Made by a program: the position numbers and the translations under genes. Of a stretch of 44,881 nt of DNA, positions 1 to 13,200 are shown one piece after another. The DNA comes from Phoronis australis. Its lineage: Eukaryota; Animalia; Phoronida. Each line of letters opens with the position of its first letter. Position 1 is the stretch's first letter. The DNA lies in the NCBI GenBank assembly GCA_002633005.1, contig NMRA01000961.1:1-44881 (forward strand). The letters are read 5' to 3'. Below the pieces are notes generated by a model. It saw only the letters and a program-made list of their open reading frames with translations. It did not search any database and was not told the DNA's origin.

Positions 1-12
1 TGATTTTTACTC

Positions 13-1372
13 TTCATTTGAAGGAGAATAAATCCATAAACCTGCATTGTCTAGAAATTTTACTCAAACTACATATCACAGGGTTGGGGATTGGAATCTT
101 AATACAACAGAGTCTGAACCCGTACCATGAGCAATACAACACAATACACGGATATAAAAATTCGGTGTTCAGGTTCCACCGAAAGGATTCGTGTGCGCGG
201 TAATAGTTACTAAGGTGCGTGGTCATTGTTTGTGGATACTTTGGGATTCCTCTTCTGTGGTTATCCACTGGAAACCTGGTCGCATAGAGAACAATAGATT
301 AGCATCTTCATTGTTCCTGTTGTTATAATAAAGATATAATGACGAGCACTTATCGGCAACGGTCTGATGTACGCAAGGTTCTATATCCATATGACCTGTG
401 CTGTTACATCTAAAAATGACACAACTGAAAACAATGATAGGACCGATGGGCGAAAAACATGCGACGAGTTGCCATGGACAGTGGTGGAGTTTGCCTTGTC
501 ATTCGAATGTTTTTACAAAACTGCAAACCCGGTATTTCGTCAGGAAAATTTCTGCGGTCTTTTGTTTTAAGTCGTGGGAAAAATTACGTTCATGCAACCT
601 AACTTATCATTCATTTGATATTGCAATGCATTACATGAACATTTGATCAACAGAAAATCTGACTTGAATATGTGTGAAGAAATACCCATGAGGAAATTGC
701 AAAGTAAAACAACTGTAAATCAAAATACATGTAACCTACATTTTTCGAGTTCATGTCTAACCCTGTTCACTGTGGAGGACATAATCGGCTTTTTACAAAA
801 TGGAGCCATGTATGGTATTTAGGGGTACTATAGCCCTAAGTGATCAGTAGTAAAACGTTCAAAACATTCAAGAGGAACTAACTTGTTGTAAAATATCGAA
901 AAACATGAAGGACAATCGGATTTTACGGTGCTCACGCATCGATTTCAGTTATATGAAAATTTCTCATTTTAGTACATTTGAGGTGCCAAAATATATAACT
1001 AATAAACTGGCTGACAAAGTTATTATTTTATGAAATGAAAGTAACATGTTTTGTCAACATTTTGGCTAAGTTTCATTCTCATAACAGCAGATTTGGTACA
1101 GCAGTGTACTGAACACAACCTCAAAATGGCATAACGGGGGGGAGTGTAGTAAAACTACTAAATGAGGGTGGTAATTCGGAATCGTGTTTCAAGACATTTG
1201 TGTAACAATCTACAGGCACCACTAAACAATGCCCAGTGAATAATAAATCAATAGCTTTCATTCAAGGAAAAATATGAACAGTTAAAACTGGACAGTTTTT
1301 ATACCGTGAAAACATGGCTGCGAAGCCGTAAAATGTGTTTGAGCCTATAACTTTAGAAAAACGCAATATTTT
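13..1372. repeat. Copy 1 of a ~1.36 kb near-identical direct duplication (partner 1946-3314)
   Basis: Starts ttcatttgaaggagaataaatcc and is colinear with 1946-3314 through aaacgcaatatttt, with scattered substitutions and small indels. The paired ORFs (14..268 vs 1947..2201, 367..570 vs 2297..2506) are near-identical. Confidence 0.95.
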
Positions 1373-1485
1373 GAAGAAATATTTTACCGCTGTTTATAGA
1401 TCCCATAGGACTACCTATGTGTCAAATTTGGTGAAAATCGGCTGACCCCCACCTTGCCGCTCATGGCTGGTGCTCTCGTGGACTA
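780..1485. mobile_element. Probable right end of a non-autonomous Academ-like DNA transposon (left boundary not defined)
   Basis: Ends ...gctctcgtggacta, i.e. a TAGTCC terminus on the minus strand, similar to the TAG termini of the 11310-23556 element. No partner TIR or coding remnant seen. Confidence 0.35.
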
Positions 1486-1945
1486 GTACTTAACTGGCGC
1501 TGTTAACTTCCTTCCAGGACCAAAGTTTAAGCGTTCATACTGACATTAACTCCCAAAAACTTCGACATGTCGATGTTAGTATGAAATGCCCTATATGTGC
1601 ATGAAGTTCAGTAGCTTTAAGTTAAAGGAAAAAGAATATTTTTGTGGTCGAATGTCTAAGTTTTCTAATTTCCATCTTGTATAAGCAGGTTGTACTTAGG
1701 GTTACTCTTAGTGAAACTTGTTCGCACCATGGAGTGTATTGGATTTACTGTTATTATGATTGTCAACAAAACGAAACTTTGACTTTTAAATTGATATTTT
1801 TAAGGTTGAAAACAATTATAGGTGATTCTAGGCATTATTTCTAGCATAAGGATTGTACTTCCCAAAGTCAGACCTGTGGCCATTGTCGATAAACTTCTAG
1901 TTACCTGTTACGTTTTATGTTCTGCTTTTGTCTCTGCGGATATTN

Positions 1946-3314
1946 TTCATTTGAAGGAGAATAAATCCATAAACCTGCATTGTCTAGAAATTTTACTCAA
2001 ACTACATATTACAGGGTTGGGGTTTGGAATCTTAATACAACATAGTCTGAACCCGGGCCATGAGCAATACAACACAATACACGGATATAAAAATTTGGTG
2101 TTCAGGCTCCACGGAAAGGATTCGTGTGCGCGGTAATAGTTACTAAGGTGCGTGGTCATTGTTTGTGGACACTTTGGGATTCCTCTTCTGTGGTCATCCA
2201 CTGGAAACCTGGTCGCATAGAGAACAATAGATTAGCATCTTCATTGTTTCCGTTGTTATAATAAAGATATAATGAGCACTTATTGGCAACGGTCTGATGT
2301 ACGCAAGGTTCTATATCCATGCGATCTGTGTTGTTACATCTAAAAATGACACAACAAAGGAAAACAATGACAGGACCGATGGGCGAAAAACATGCAACGA
2401 GTTGCCGTGGACAGTGGTGGAGTTTGTCTTGTCATTCGAATGTTTTTACAGAACTGCAAACCCGGTATTTCGTCAGGAAAATTTCTGCGGTCCGGTTTTG
2501 TGTTAAGTCGTGGGAAAAATTGCGGTCATGCAACCTAACTTATCATTCATTTGATATTGCAATGCATTACATGAACATTTGATCAACAGAAAATCTGACT
2601 TGAATATGTGTGAAGAAATACCCATGAGGAAATTTCAAAGTAAAACAACTGTAAATCAAAATACATGTAACCTACATTTGCCGAGTTCGTGTCTAACCCT
2701 GTTCACTGTGGAGTACACAATCGGCTTTTTACAAAATGGAGCCATGTATGGTATTTAGGGGTACTATAGCCCTAAGTGATCAGTAGTAAAACGTTCAAAA
2801 CATTCAGGAGGAACTAACTTGTTGCAAAATATCGAAAAACATGAAGGACAATCGGATTTTACGGTGCTCACGCATCGATTTCAGTTATATGAAAATTTCT
2901 CATTTTAGTACATTTGAGGTGCGAAAATATATAACTAATAAACTGGCTGACAAAGTTTTTATTTTATGAAATGAAAGTAACATGTTTTGTCAACATTTTG
3001 GCTAAGTTTCATTCTCATAACAGTGGGGGCAGATTTGGTACAGCAGTGTACTGAACACAACCTCAAAATGGCATAACGGGGGGGAGTGTAGTAAAACTAC
3101 TAAATGAGGCTGGTAAATCGGAATCGTGTTTCAAGACATTTGTGTAACAATCTACAGGCACCACTAAACAATGCCCAGTGAATAATAAATCAATAGCTTT
3201 CATTCAAGGAAAAATATAAACAGTTAAAACTGGACAGTTTTTATACCGTGAAAACATGGCTGCGAAGCCGTAAAATGTGTTTGAGCCTATAACTTTAGAA
3301 AAACGCAATATTTT
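1946..3314. repeat. Copy 2 of the duplication, bounded by a single n (1945) and the large N gap
   Basis: Direct comparison with 13-1372. Both ends coincide with assembly breaks. Confidence 0.95.
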
Positions 3315-4123
3315 NNNNNNNNNNNNNNNNNNNNNNNNNNNNNNNNNNNNNNNNNNNNNNNNNNNNNNNNNNNNNNNNNNNNNNNNNNNNNNNNNNNNNN
3401 NNNNNNNNNNNNNNNNNNNNNNNNNNNNNNNNNNNNNNNNNNNNNNNNNNNNNNNNNNNNNNNNNNNNNNNNNNNNNNNNNNNNNNNNNNNNNNNNNNNN
3501 NNNNNNNNNNNNNNNNNNNNNNNNNNNNNNNNNNNNNNNNNNNNNNNNNNNNNNNNNNNNNNNNNNNNNNNNNNNNNNNNNNNNNNNNNNNNNNNNNNNN
3601 NNNNNNNNNNNNNNNNNNNNNNNNNNNNNNNNNNNNNNNNNNNNNNNNNNNNNNNNNNNNNNNNNNNNNNNNNNNNNNNNNNNNNNNNNNNNNNNNNNNN
3701 NNNNNNNNNNNNNNNNNNNNNNNNNNNNNNNNNNNNNNNNNNNNNNNNNNNNNNNNNNNNNNNNNNNNNNNNNNNNNNNNNNNNNNNNNNNNNNNNNNNN
3801 NNNNNNNNNNNNNNNNNNNNNNNNNNNNNNNNNNNNNNNNNNNNNNNNNNNNNNNNNNNNNNNNNNNNNNNNNNNNNNNNNNNNNNNNNNNNNNNNNNNN
3901 NNNNNNNNNNNNNNNNNNNNNNNNNNNNNNNNNNNNNNNNNNNNNNNNNNNNNNNNNNNNNNNNNNNNNNNNNNNNNNNNNNNNNNNNNNNNNNNNNNNN
4001 NNNNNNNNNNNNNNNNNNNNNNNNNNNNNNNNNNNNNNNNNNNNNNNNNNNNNNNNNNNNNNNNNNNNNNNNNNNNNNNNNNNNNNNNNNNNNNNNNNNN
4101 NNNNNNNNNNNNNNNNNNNNNNN
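3315..4123. other. Assembly gap (N run, ~0.8 kb)
   Basis: Run of n characters. Confidence 1.
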
Positions 4124-4126
4124 TAT

Positions 4127-4318
4127 TGAAACTTATTTCTTATAGAAAACTTCAGTTTTCAAAAGTTAGTTCCTTGAAAACTTATGTTTTGATGACTTAT
4201 GTTTGTTACTAAAAATTTGTTCCAAAACTTAAGTTTTTCAAAAACTTAAGTTTCTAAAACTTAAGTTTTCCAAAAACTTAAGTATTTTGGAACAAGTTTT
4301 TTGGAACGAACTTAAGAA
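4127..4318. repeat. Low-complexity array of the palindromic unit aaaacttaagtttt (foldback-like)
   Basis: Repeated aaaacttaagtttt / aaaacttatgtttt units. Local inverted pair tgttccaaaa...ttttggaaca at ~4218-4294. Confidence 0.85.
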
Positions 4319-4589
4319 GTGCGATCGCCTAAACAATAAATCACGCCTAAATTGTTATCACAATAGTTTCAGATGCATTTAGCGCTTTTTGTGTGGTACC
4401 AAATACATAAAGGTCCCTAACTTGCCATGCCAAAAGTCAGCACTTCTAGCATGCATGGTCCCGAGACCGGTCAGACGATGTTAAAACGTCTCACAAATAA
4501 ACAGTTCTTGTTTTCCATGTGTTGGATTACATTCTGAATATATCGTGTGATGATCAACCGAAATATGTAAACTAACTATTATTACTCAC

Positions 4590-4595
4590 CAATAT
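4590..4595 (-). CDS. Candidate 6-nt phase 1-1 microexon (ATATTG)
   Basis: Minus strand reads gctaaattgcaatgttctttgtag|ATATTG|gtgagtaa: a CTAA branch-like motif, a pyrimidine tract, AG, then a consensus GTGAGT donor. A chance match cannot be excluded. Confidence 0.25.
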
Positions 4596-4843
4596 CTACA
4601 AAGAACATTGCAATTTAGCACATTTATGTACATATCTTGACAAGCAGCAACAGCGGGTCATATTGTCAAACAACAAAAGAAAAATATATTTTACTGTTGC
4701 TTAACGGGATAGACCATACAGACTGCAGAAAACATCACTGCTCAGAAATCGAAATGCATTACATTCGGGACACAGGTACATTGCACAAATGGATTATTAT
4801 ACAGACGATAACCAACATTAGTAGTACCAGGTAGTATGCAGAT

Positions 4844-4886
4844 GCACACGCACACAAACACACACAAACACACACAAACACACACA
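4844..4886. repeat. (CACACACAAA)n microsatellite
   Basis: cacacaaaca repeated about 4 times. Confidence 0.9.
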
Positions 4887-5680
4887 ATTTCATCAAACTA
4901 TTCAATGTGTTCCAAAAAGTCAAACCTCATCCATTTAGAAGACTCTCGTTGCCTCGTGGATCTAAGGCGTTCGTGATATTGCAGCAAATGCTCTAAAACC
5001 CAAAATGTCAACTCCTGTGGCCTTTGATCTCAAGGAAATAAGTAATGAGTGTTTTCATTGGGTAGTTTTTTTTGTAGCACGATTGATTCTTTGACGAAGA
5101 CCCACGTTTTCAAAAAGAAGTTTCAACCTCGGTAATATTTCATGTTCCATAACTATGTAGCATTTTTCAAATAGTTAATGACTTTTTAAGCAGCGTGACA
5201 ATCAAAATTATCGAACTCCCGTCAATTCCCAAGTGACCGCGTTTGTTGCAAGATTCGACTTTTGTTCGTTTGAACAAGAGTTTCTAAAATTACGAAACTA
5301 TCTTTTCTGACTGTCAAATGACAATCAATCCCTTCTATGTTTTATTGGCCCTCAAGTAAAACCAAAGTTTCTTTTTTTTAAATATAGCACCCCAAGTCTT
5401 CATTGTAACGGTAGATATCTCCTTTCTACCAAGGGATAGCAAATCGGAATCCTATCCTTGGTCGCTGGCAATGGACCGAAAAGTACTATGCAAAGTTAAG
5501 ACACGTTTAAAAAGGTTATTGATAGGAAGAGGGAATACATACATCATACGATATATTACATTGTTGACTTAAACATATATCGAGCTTTTTAACATAGAGA
5601 GTAAAAGGTAGGTTGGTCAGGGTTCGGATAATTTTCTGGTAGAGCTAAACCTTTGTGTTTCTTGCTTTTTATGTGATGTG

Positions 5681-5877
5681 TCATGAGCTGGACGTTGTAG
5701 AAGACTTTGACAGTTCTCTGAGCACGGTGCACGCGCACATCACCAACAATAGACTGCCTGCGCCTATAGCTATCCATCGATAATAACATTTGGAAGTAAA
5801 ATTCTTCCAGGCTAAGTCTAAACCAGGAGTCGTAATTGTGGTGACGTCCTGTTCCTTTTCACGCCACTCTACTGAAC
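5681..5877 (-). CDS. Probable last coding exon (stalk, transmembrane helix, short Ser/Thr tail) of the FN3-repeat gene
   Basis: Acceptor tgctttttcag|. In phase 1 (matching the FN3 donors) it is open for 64 codons: SVEWREKEQDVTTITTPGLDLAWKNFTSKCYYRWIAIGAGSLLLVMCACTVLRELSKSSTTSSS*. It contains a 19-aa hydrophobic run. Minus-strand AATAAA lies downstream at 5341-5346. This frame is absent from the ORF track, and linkage to the FN3 exons is inferred. Confidence 0.5.
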
Positions 5878-6523
5878 CTGAAAAAGCAATATGCAGGTAA
5901 ACGATAAAAGGATAGTATCAACCATGTTTTGATGATTTCTACCGATCTTCGTTCTGCTACCTACTAATGCAAAAGTAGTGTCCATCTTGAGCGATAAATA
6001 AATATACAGCTTTGCGCAAATGTGGTAAGATAAAATCAGACACAAAATTACTGTCCTTAAAAACTAGAGTCTTCCTTGAGTAAACTAAATTATTTAACGG
6101 TGATGGAAACGATGGCGTTCTACCGTTATTCTGCTGATAAAGCTGTGGAGCGATCTTTAGCGACGGCTTTCGGCGCCATGAAATGTTGCGTCACCTATTG
6201 GCCAGTTTCAAAGTCATTACTTTGGTCGGTATTAATAGATAACGGTCAGATTTTTAAGGATTTATTAGAATTGACAGAGGGGTTATTTTGGTATGGATTT
6301 ACCTTCCTTAAAATGAAAATTTGAACTAAAAACAGAAGGTGGCGTAATAATGATAATGATAATGATGATGATATTGTCAATAGTAATGACAAGACGAGGA
6401 ATAATAAGGATTATATATGTTTTATTGAAATTTGCGTCTTATTTTTCATAGCGTATAAGTGTCAGTACAATGCCGTTTGTTGATCATTCAAGTATTCTAT
6501 TTTTCACGTTCGATGACGCCAGC

Positions 6524-6595
6524 TGCTGAGTGGTACAGTGGTAAAGTCGACGACTCGAAACGCAGGGGGGTTCGAAACCGGCCGCGGTTTCCCGC
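6524..6595 (+). mobile_element. tRNA-derived SINE head / tRNA pseudogene
   Basis: A-box-like TGGTACAGTGG followed about 30 nt later by B-box GGTTCGAAACC. No proper acceptor stem. Confidence 0.6.
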
Positions 6596-7695
6596 TAAAA
6601 TGTCATTCAACGTACGTTGAAAAACTAAATGGGTTATTTAACGGTTGTATTGGTCATTTCAGATTGAAAATGTTGCATAAACAAGTGATAATTCACGTTT
6701 ACGTCGCTTTGCGAAACCTCTCTATTGTCCGCATAAAGTCTATATGCTCAAGCCATAAAAGGCAGAATACGTAGGTAGTCTTAAAAATCTGACCGTTATC
6801 CATTAATAGTTCAGTGAAAAAATGTTTTTGGTCACTATAATCTGTACATACTATTTCAACATTCAATTGCAATGTCAACGTTTTACTTTCGTAGGCAGGA
6901 TTTCATTATCTTCAGTTTCAGTTCCTAGTCGAGAAAGCGGAGCAAGCAGCAAGTAAGACAACAGTTCATTGCATGCGCATCATACACCGAGGAGGATGAA
7001 ATCAAGAAAACAAGTACGAAATGGACAATAGAAATCGGTGGTTAACGCCACGTGAGCACGAGGTTGAAACAGAAAAATGTCAAATTACAGACCAAAGTAA
7101 TGACTTTCGGAGGTATTTATCTTTTTTACAAATTGCTGAGTTAGTGAACACAAAGACAGACAGGTGGTTCAGCGACTCGGAGTCGGTTCAATTCGGCTTT
7201 ATAAGAGCCGTATGCACGCAGACGCACAACACCCTCGAGATAAAAAATACGTTTCCACGGGAGCATTCTAAGCTATGTATACCGTTGACTAATTACAATA
7301 GCGACTTGGTGAATAAAAGAACTGAAGGTAAATTCGGAACTGCTCTAGGCCTGGCGTCGGGAGATTCCATGAGAGTGACAACCCTGTAACTTTTGATCTC
7401 GGATAAGAAGTAAATAAATTTCCACGCTATTGGAAGTGCTTGCATTCAATCTTTTTTCTCCCTATATGGGAAATTTTCTCTTTGAAGTTCCCTGAGAATA
7501 AAGATAAGGTATTTTAATAGGCATATGTGAAATTTTGTAAAAACCGCCAATTTTTATGATTAAGACTTGGGATGTCGTTATTAAGAAAAATTAATATCAC
7601 TAGCACCATATAATTGTCATAAAAACACGGTAGACGTTGGAGCATCTTCAACACTATAGGTCAGCCTTGAACAATAGAAAAACGTCATATTTATT

Positions 7696-7870
7696 CACGC
7701 GCACAGCCTAAGAACGGAGGGGCTCAAATTTTTGAGAACGTGAAACTTTTATGGAAATTCACAGGGTACAGTCAGTGTTTTAAGCTTTTTCTCTGAGACG
7801 GAACTCTTTTGCCCACTTTGCCTAATGTGGGGCTAAGCGAGCCCCCAGAAGCACCCCCACGGGTGCACAA
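7696..7870 (+). mobile_element. Degenerate MITE related to 15633-15879
   Basis: Shares motifs: cagcct...ggggctcaaattt near the left end, and ccactttgcc...cgagcccc...gggtgc at the right end. Confidence 0.5.
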
Positions 7871-8913
7871 AAACTACCAAAATTATGTTCAGCATTCACG
7901 CTTCCTTCATCAGATTGATTTCTTAATTGTTTACACCACTAAACGTCTGTAACAGTGACTGTTTGTGATACGTTTGTTCTGTTTTGTCACCAGTGAGGTT
8001 TTCCTTGCACTTGGATTTGCTTCACTTGTTTGAAAAGTCTTCAATGACTTGGGAGCCAGGTCATGACTGCCAATTCCATAAGCTCAGCATTGTGAGCAGA
8101 GTGGTAGACGTGAATGAAAGAATGGGCAGAAATCTCGAAAATCTATCGCTGTGTCAAAAATTCATGCACTCAAACAATAATTCATCTTCTCAGCGGTTTG
8201 GCAGCTGACAAACTGTATATGTGCATGTACATGTGAAACTCCGGTTGGGTTTGCGAAGCAAATAATGATCCAGGTACCAAATATCTTTAAATTGGCACGG
8301 ACACAATACAGCTGTACTTTCATGTCGTTTCATTGGGTGCTCTGATCACGCAGCACTGGCACCTACTAGGTAAACAAAACATTTGAGGTTTGTTTTTTCT
8401 TAAACGTTCTTGCTGAACGTGAAAGTGTATTTCTGGGATCTTTGCTGAGAATGATTTTTGTACATCTGGTGAAAGAAGTTATCCAAACTTCCCCTTTCTC
8501 CCCTGAAGTAGCAACGGACCTGAAAGATTGGAGACCTGCGACTAATGCCTATATTTCGCCTACAAGTAAAACACAATTCTGAAAAATGTGGCAGTTTTTG
8601 CGTTTGCTCTTTCTGCCTTGGTCTGAGTGGCTTTCAACACGATCAAAGAGAGCGCTGCGCCAAATTCGGACGCAGTTGTGATGACCGCGTTGTCTAGAGC
8701 GAGAAACACCTAATTAAGTGTTATTACCCGGTCATACCTTGTCATAAACATTTCTGTTTATACATAACTTACGAATTTTAGGATTGCATAAATCAATATT
8801 TTTCGTATACAATAAACATTACGGCGGTATTCAACAGTATGATTCTCATTTTTAAATATAAATAAATTAATAAGATACAAAGTACACTGCACAAACATTG
8901 GTCAAGGTTTTAA

Positions 8914-10262
8914 AGGAGCATGCCACCCAAAAAACAACCTAATTTGTATCAATTTAGATCGAGTAGTTCTACTCCATAACGACACGTGCGGTTGCGTTAC
9001 CTGACATCTGACGGCAGAAGGAGGTGTTGAAATTATGAAATGACATCATCGGTTTCACACGCAGTCTGTTCAGCAGTTCACTACACGGGTTAATGGTCTC
9101 AGCTTATCGCTTGAAGTCATCGTTTAACAAAAATAAATCATCAAACTTCGATGTAAAACCCTTAAAAATGCACTGAGTCAATGTTCAGTGGACACTTAAC
9201 TTCCAGTCAAGAAAATACTATACATGTACTAGTGAGCCAAAGTAATGTGCACCTGTTATGTTGGTGAATTAGCCACGAAACTGCAAATCTACTTACTCGT
9301 CGGAGGCCGCGAATTCAGGTTCCGCTTTGGCCACAGCACCGTCAGGGCAGAAGTTGTACATTGACAAACATTATTTGAGTAATGTAAATGTAAATAAAGA
9401 TTCCCCTAACACCTGGCCGTGGGATGGAAATAGAGTTGTTTCAAAACAGTTTCTGCCAGCAAACAGTAAATTAGCATGAGCTCACACGGACTAGGTGTCC
9501 CGTCAATTAGCTTTATTGCACCTAAAGCCGGTAACGCACTGAATTATTCATTGTTGACTTCTCAAATCATTTGCACTCACGAACACTTCAAAGGCATTAC
9601 AAATTGCATCTAACAAGACAGACTTTGTTTCAGTTTTCTATAAGCATTGGTTAGGGTGAGAATAATTCATTTTGAAACAGAATGCTCTGTAATAAACGCC
9701 AACATGGCAACTCGCAATCCCGATTTAGGACGAGCTAGAACTCATCAGTCCCGACTTTGCAGGTGGATCGTTAAGTTTTACAGGCTATGAATTCGAACAG
9801 GGATACAGTGGTGAAGAAATACAAGAGAGGCGCCGTGAACAAGCACAGACAGCGGAACGTTTGAAGTTATTTGGTAAGCCGGCATTCATCAGGCACTGTC
9901 GACATCTGCAGGCCACAGACATGGAGATGTTAAATGGTCTCATACTTGCTATTCACAGCGTACATTTCATTCTTCACTACCGTGAGCCATTTTCTAAGCA
10001 TTTCGGACTCTCGAGGAAGTAAAAAGCGATATACCCGCCTTCCTCGCAGCTGCTTAGTTCGGACAAGCGGGAACGATGCAGCGCGACATAGTGGCATTCA
10101 CTCTGCTTATGAACCACTGACGTCGCTAGCGTCGTTTCGCACCTTCCTCACAGGTTAACGCGACACCTCTTGGCAAGGTTAGATCTACCGTATGCGAGGC
10201 GATGAGGATATAGACCGATTAAGACTACAAAAAATACTAAATAAATCGGGTGGCATTCTCCT
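8914..10262. mobile_element. Non-autonomous Kolobok DNA transposon, copy 1
   Basis: TTAA|aggagcatgccaccc ... gggtggcattctcct|TTAA (15-bp TIR with 1 mismatch, TTAA TSD). Minus strand has a THAP remnant (MSRCIVPACPN*...RKW...HVCG). Plus strand has a KolX-like GYEFEQGYSGEE. Confidence 0.9.
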
Positions 10263-13200
10263 TTAAATAGTTCCACCATGACCCTGTGTCGAAAAAAGAA
10301 TTTTATTAAAATATCTTAAGCGATTTACTAGTACACATGTTGCCAAGAAACAAGCCAAAATTCAAAAAATATATTTTTTGTTATTGGGTTGTACATAATG
10401 GATAGAAGACCGTCTCCACCGTCGTCGTTTTTACTTGTGCGATACTGATGAGTTGTTCGGAAAGTCCGCGGAGAACTGCCGTTTTCAGACATCAAAAGGT
10501 GCTTTTGTGGACGCTGCAGTAAAAGTAGCAACACGACTGAGAACGAATTTGTGTTCAAAATTCCTAAATACATGAAGGTTGCACTAAAATGGCAGCAAGG
10601 AGTGTGGATTGTGAGTGTTGAACATGCGATTTAATCTGGGGCCACACTTGGTTTGGCGCATTTCAAAGAATCGTGTTTCGATCTACAAACGCTAATCATA
10701 ATGAACAGTATCAGATGCCTTATTCTTTTAATATGCAACTAAATCACGATCAATCAATAGAATCAACACACAGTGACCAAATTAAATGTCAGTTGCTTCT
10801 AAAATTGCGCTTGCAAACCAGCCATGTTGAACTAATTAATTCGAAGATTGGCACGTTATCCGACAAACTGCGATTTTCGGTAATCAGCTGGCGAGAGCTG
10901 ACTTTAAGCGTCCCTGTCAATCAAAATCTGCCATGTTAGCACTTCAAGCTTAGAAATAAAACCAACCATGTCGGCGGAAACAAAACAAATTAGACGGTAA
11001 AATTTCAAAAACTGTAATGAAACATATTTAAAACCTGCAGGCGTATAGGAAATGACTCTTTGTCAAGATATACACATGTTGCCGTTTTTAACTGATATTG
11101 TTTTTAGTGTATCAAGTCAAAACTTTCGAAATTTCAAGCTGTAACTACGCTAATGCCAGAGCAAACCAATTTTGATGTAATAATAAACACCATGGATATG
11201 AAAGTAGTGCCAGCAATTGACCTTGCATTTCATGCGTTTAGATATGCATGAATACACAGGGCATGATGTTTTGCATTGTACGAGACGGTAAATACACCAC
11301 ATGCACTAGTAGGCGTTGGGCCAGAATTTGAAGGGCTTCTAGAAAAGGGTTTTTGTGAGTACTTCAGGGGGGCAATTTTATTTTGTTGTTTTTTAATTCA
11401 CTTACTAGCGTTTTTTCAAAATCTAAAAAGTTCCCACATTTAAAGTTGCACATTTTTGAGAAATTTGAAATTGAAATTGCATAATAACCACCATAGAGCT
11501 TAGATAACATCTATTTGTAAAAACAACAGTTTTTGCTATCTTTTTTGTAAAACAAATAATATGGTTCCATCGATGTCATTGTATTGAACAATAATACACT
11601 GACATTACATGTTCTACTATTGTAGACTAATTGTAAACAGTGAAATTTAAAAACATGTAAAGTGACACCTGGTGGCAGAAATGCAAACCAAGTCTGAATG
11701 TTACTAGGAGCAGGAAGAGATAACCAGGAAGGGACAACTAGCTAAACCGACGTTTTTGGCCTCCTTCCCCGGACTAATTTCAGGACTTATTTATCGTTTA
11801 AAAAGAAACAAATGATTTTATCAGAGAGATTAAAGCTTTTTCTATAGAAGGATATCAAAAAACTCACTTTTCAACCTTAAAGAGTGGTGTAATTGTACTT
11901 TGAAAGTATCGACTTCAGCGCACGCAATCGCAATTTCCCACACGCAGTCACGGGTATTTAAGCTTTTTCGTCGATGTATAGATGGCGCAGTAGTCAAGTA
12001 CTCCCTCATTTGCATATCAACTTGCATGTGGGAGTTCTGAGACTCTCGTCAGTTTAGTTGTTGTCGAGCGCTTGAGTGCATAAAGCGATGACCTCCCGCT
12101 GAGAGCACGCGCTGATGAAGATACTACAGCTAACTCGATCGCTCCGCAATCAGGAGGTGAAAACACTCTCATGACCGCAGTTCTGAATTCCAGCTAAGCA
12201 AGCCCTATTTCGAGGAGCGGATTTGAATTGTTTTCGTCCCCAGACTGTGGATTGCAGAGATTAGAATGAGGTCAACATCGAACTTTCTGCGGCTACCTAT
12301 CGTGTTGAAAGTTTGAAGTGTCAGAACCATAGACGGAGCGCGCGGGATGTCTATGATTCCTGTTCTTCTTCAGTTGGCGAAAACATTGCTATCGGCATAA
12401 AGAATGATCGTGGGTTATTCATTTTGAGGTGGACACCTGTATCCAAGAATAAATATTAATATTCTGAAATATCTCACCCTCCGCGTTTCGTTTCTTTGAC
12501 ATTGTTTGAAGTTGCGGTATCGTGAAACAACGCCGTCGGGTGAGAGAAGTTGCACCGAGTAACTGGAATTGGCTGCAGTTCTTTCCTTTAGAATGCCCGG
12601 ACTCAACTGTGCCGTTTTCTTGGCAAGTCTCTTGCCTGCCGAAATCTTTCCGAGCATTGAAGACCTCGGCCTTCTCCTGCGCCAATCAACCTTTTATCTG
12701 CTACAGAAATGTTATGCCTAGTTTCCTACCATTTTAGCACACTTTGTGGCTCTGCTACAGTTAGCACTGCCATAATCGTATTTCTTAATTCCGTCACAGT
12801 ATGCATACTTGGAAGTTGGTTTTGCTAAGTGTTTTTCCAAATTAAACCACAACATTTGTTCATCATTAAATGCCTCAGATTCCTCGACGCCATGGACGCA
12901 CCCTTGCCATTCTTAAAAAATCGTATTATATGTGCTATAATTGCTTCGAAGGACCGGCAGTAACCGTGGCTGGAATGTCAGCAGCTTCGCGACTAAGTCT
13001 ACTGCAAACTCCTGTTGAAATTCTCCATACTTCAAAATTCTTGTTTGCAGGTTCTGATAATTGCCTTCAATGGTTTTCATAATAGGAGACTAGGAAGCAC
13101 ACACGCCCACTGGCCTGCTGCCTTACATTTTCACTGGCCACCTTGCTACAGTCGACTTGCGCACTAGCCGAATTAGTGTCCACATTTGTGATCACGCGCC

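Noticed and set aside
3277-4212. 311-aa ORF
   Set aside because: Artefact of translating through the N gap.
5589-5789. 66-aa minus-strand ORF in the track
   Set aside because: Alternative frame of the better-supported TM exon, with no motif.
6524-6595. Functional tRNA gene
   Set aside because: A and B boxes are present but there is no cloverleaf acceptor or anticodon stem. Treated as a SINE head.
7900-8640. Another transposase remnant (YHK..CY-like) on the minus strand
   Set aside because: Too degenerate to support, and no termini found.
10440-10480. Hammerhead ribozyme at ctgatga...ggaaa
   Set aside because: No proper stem II or CGAAA, and no stems I/III. Other CTGATGA sites checked also lacked the core.
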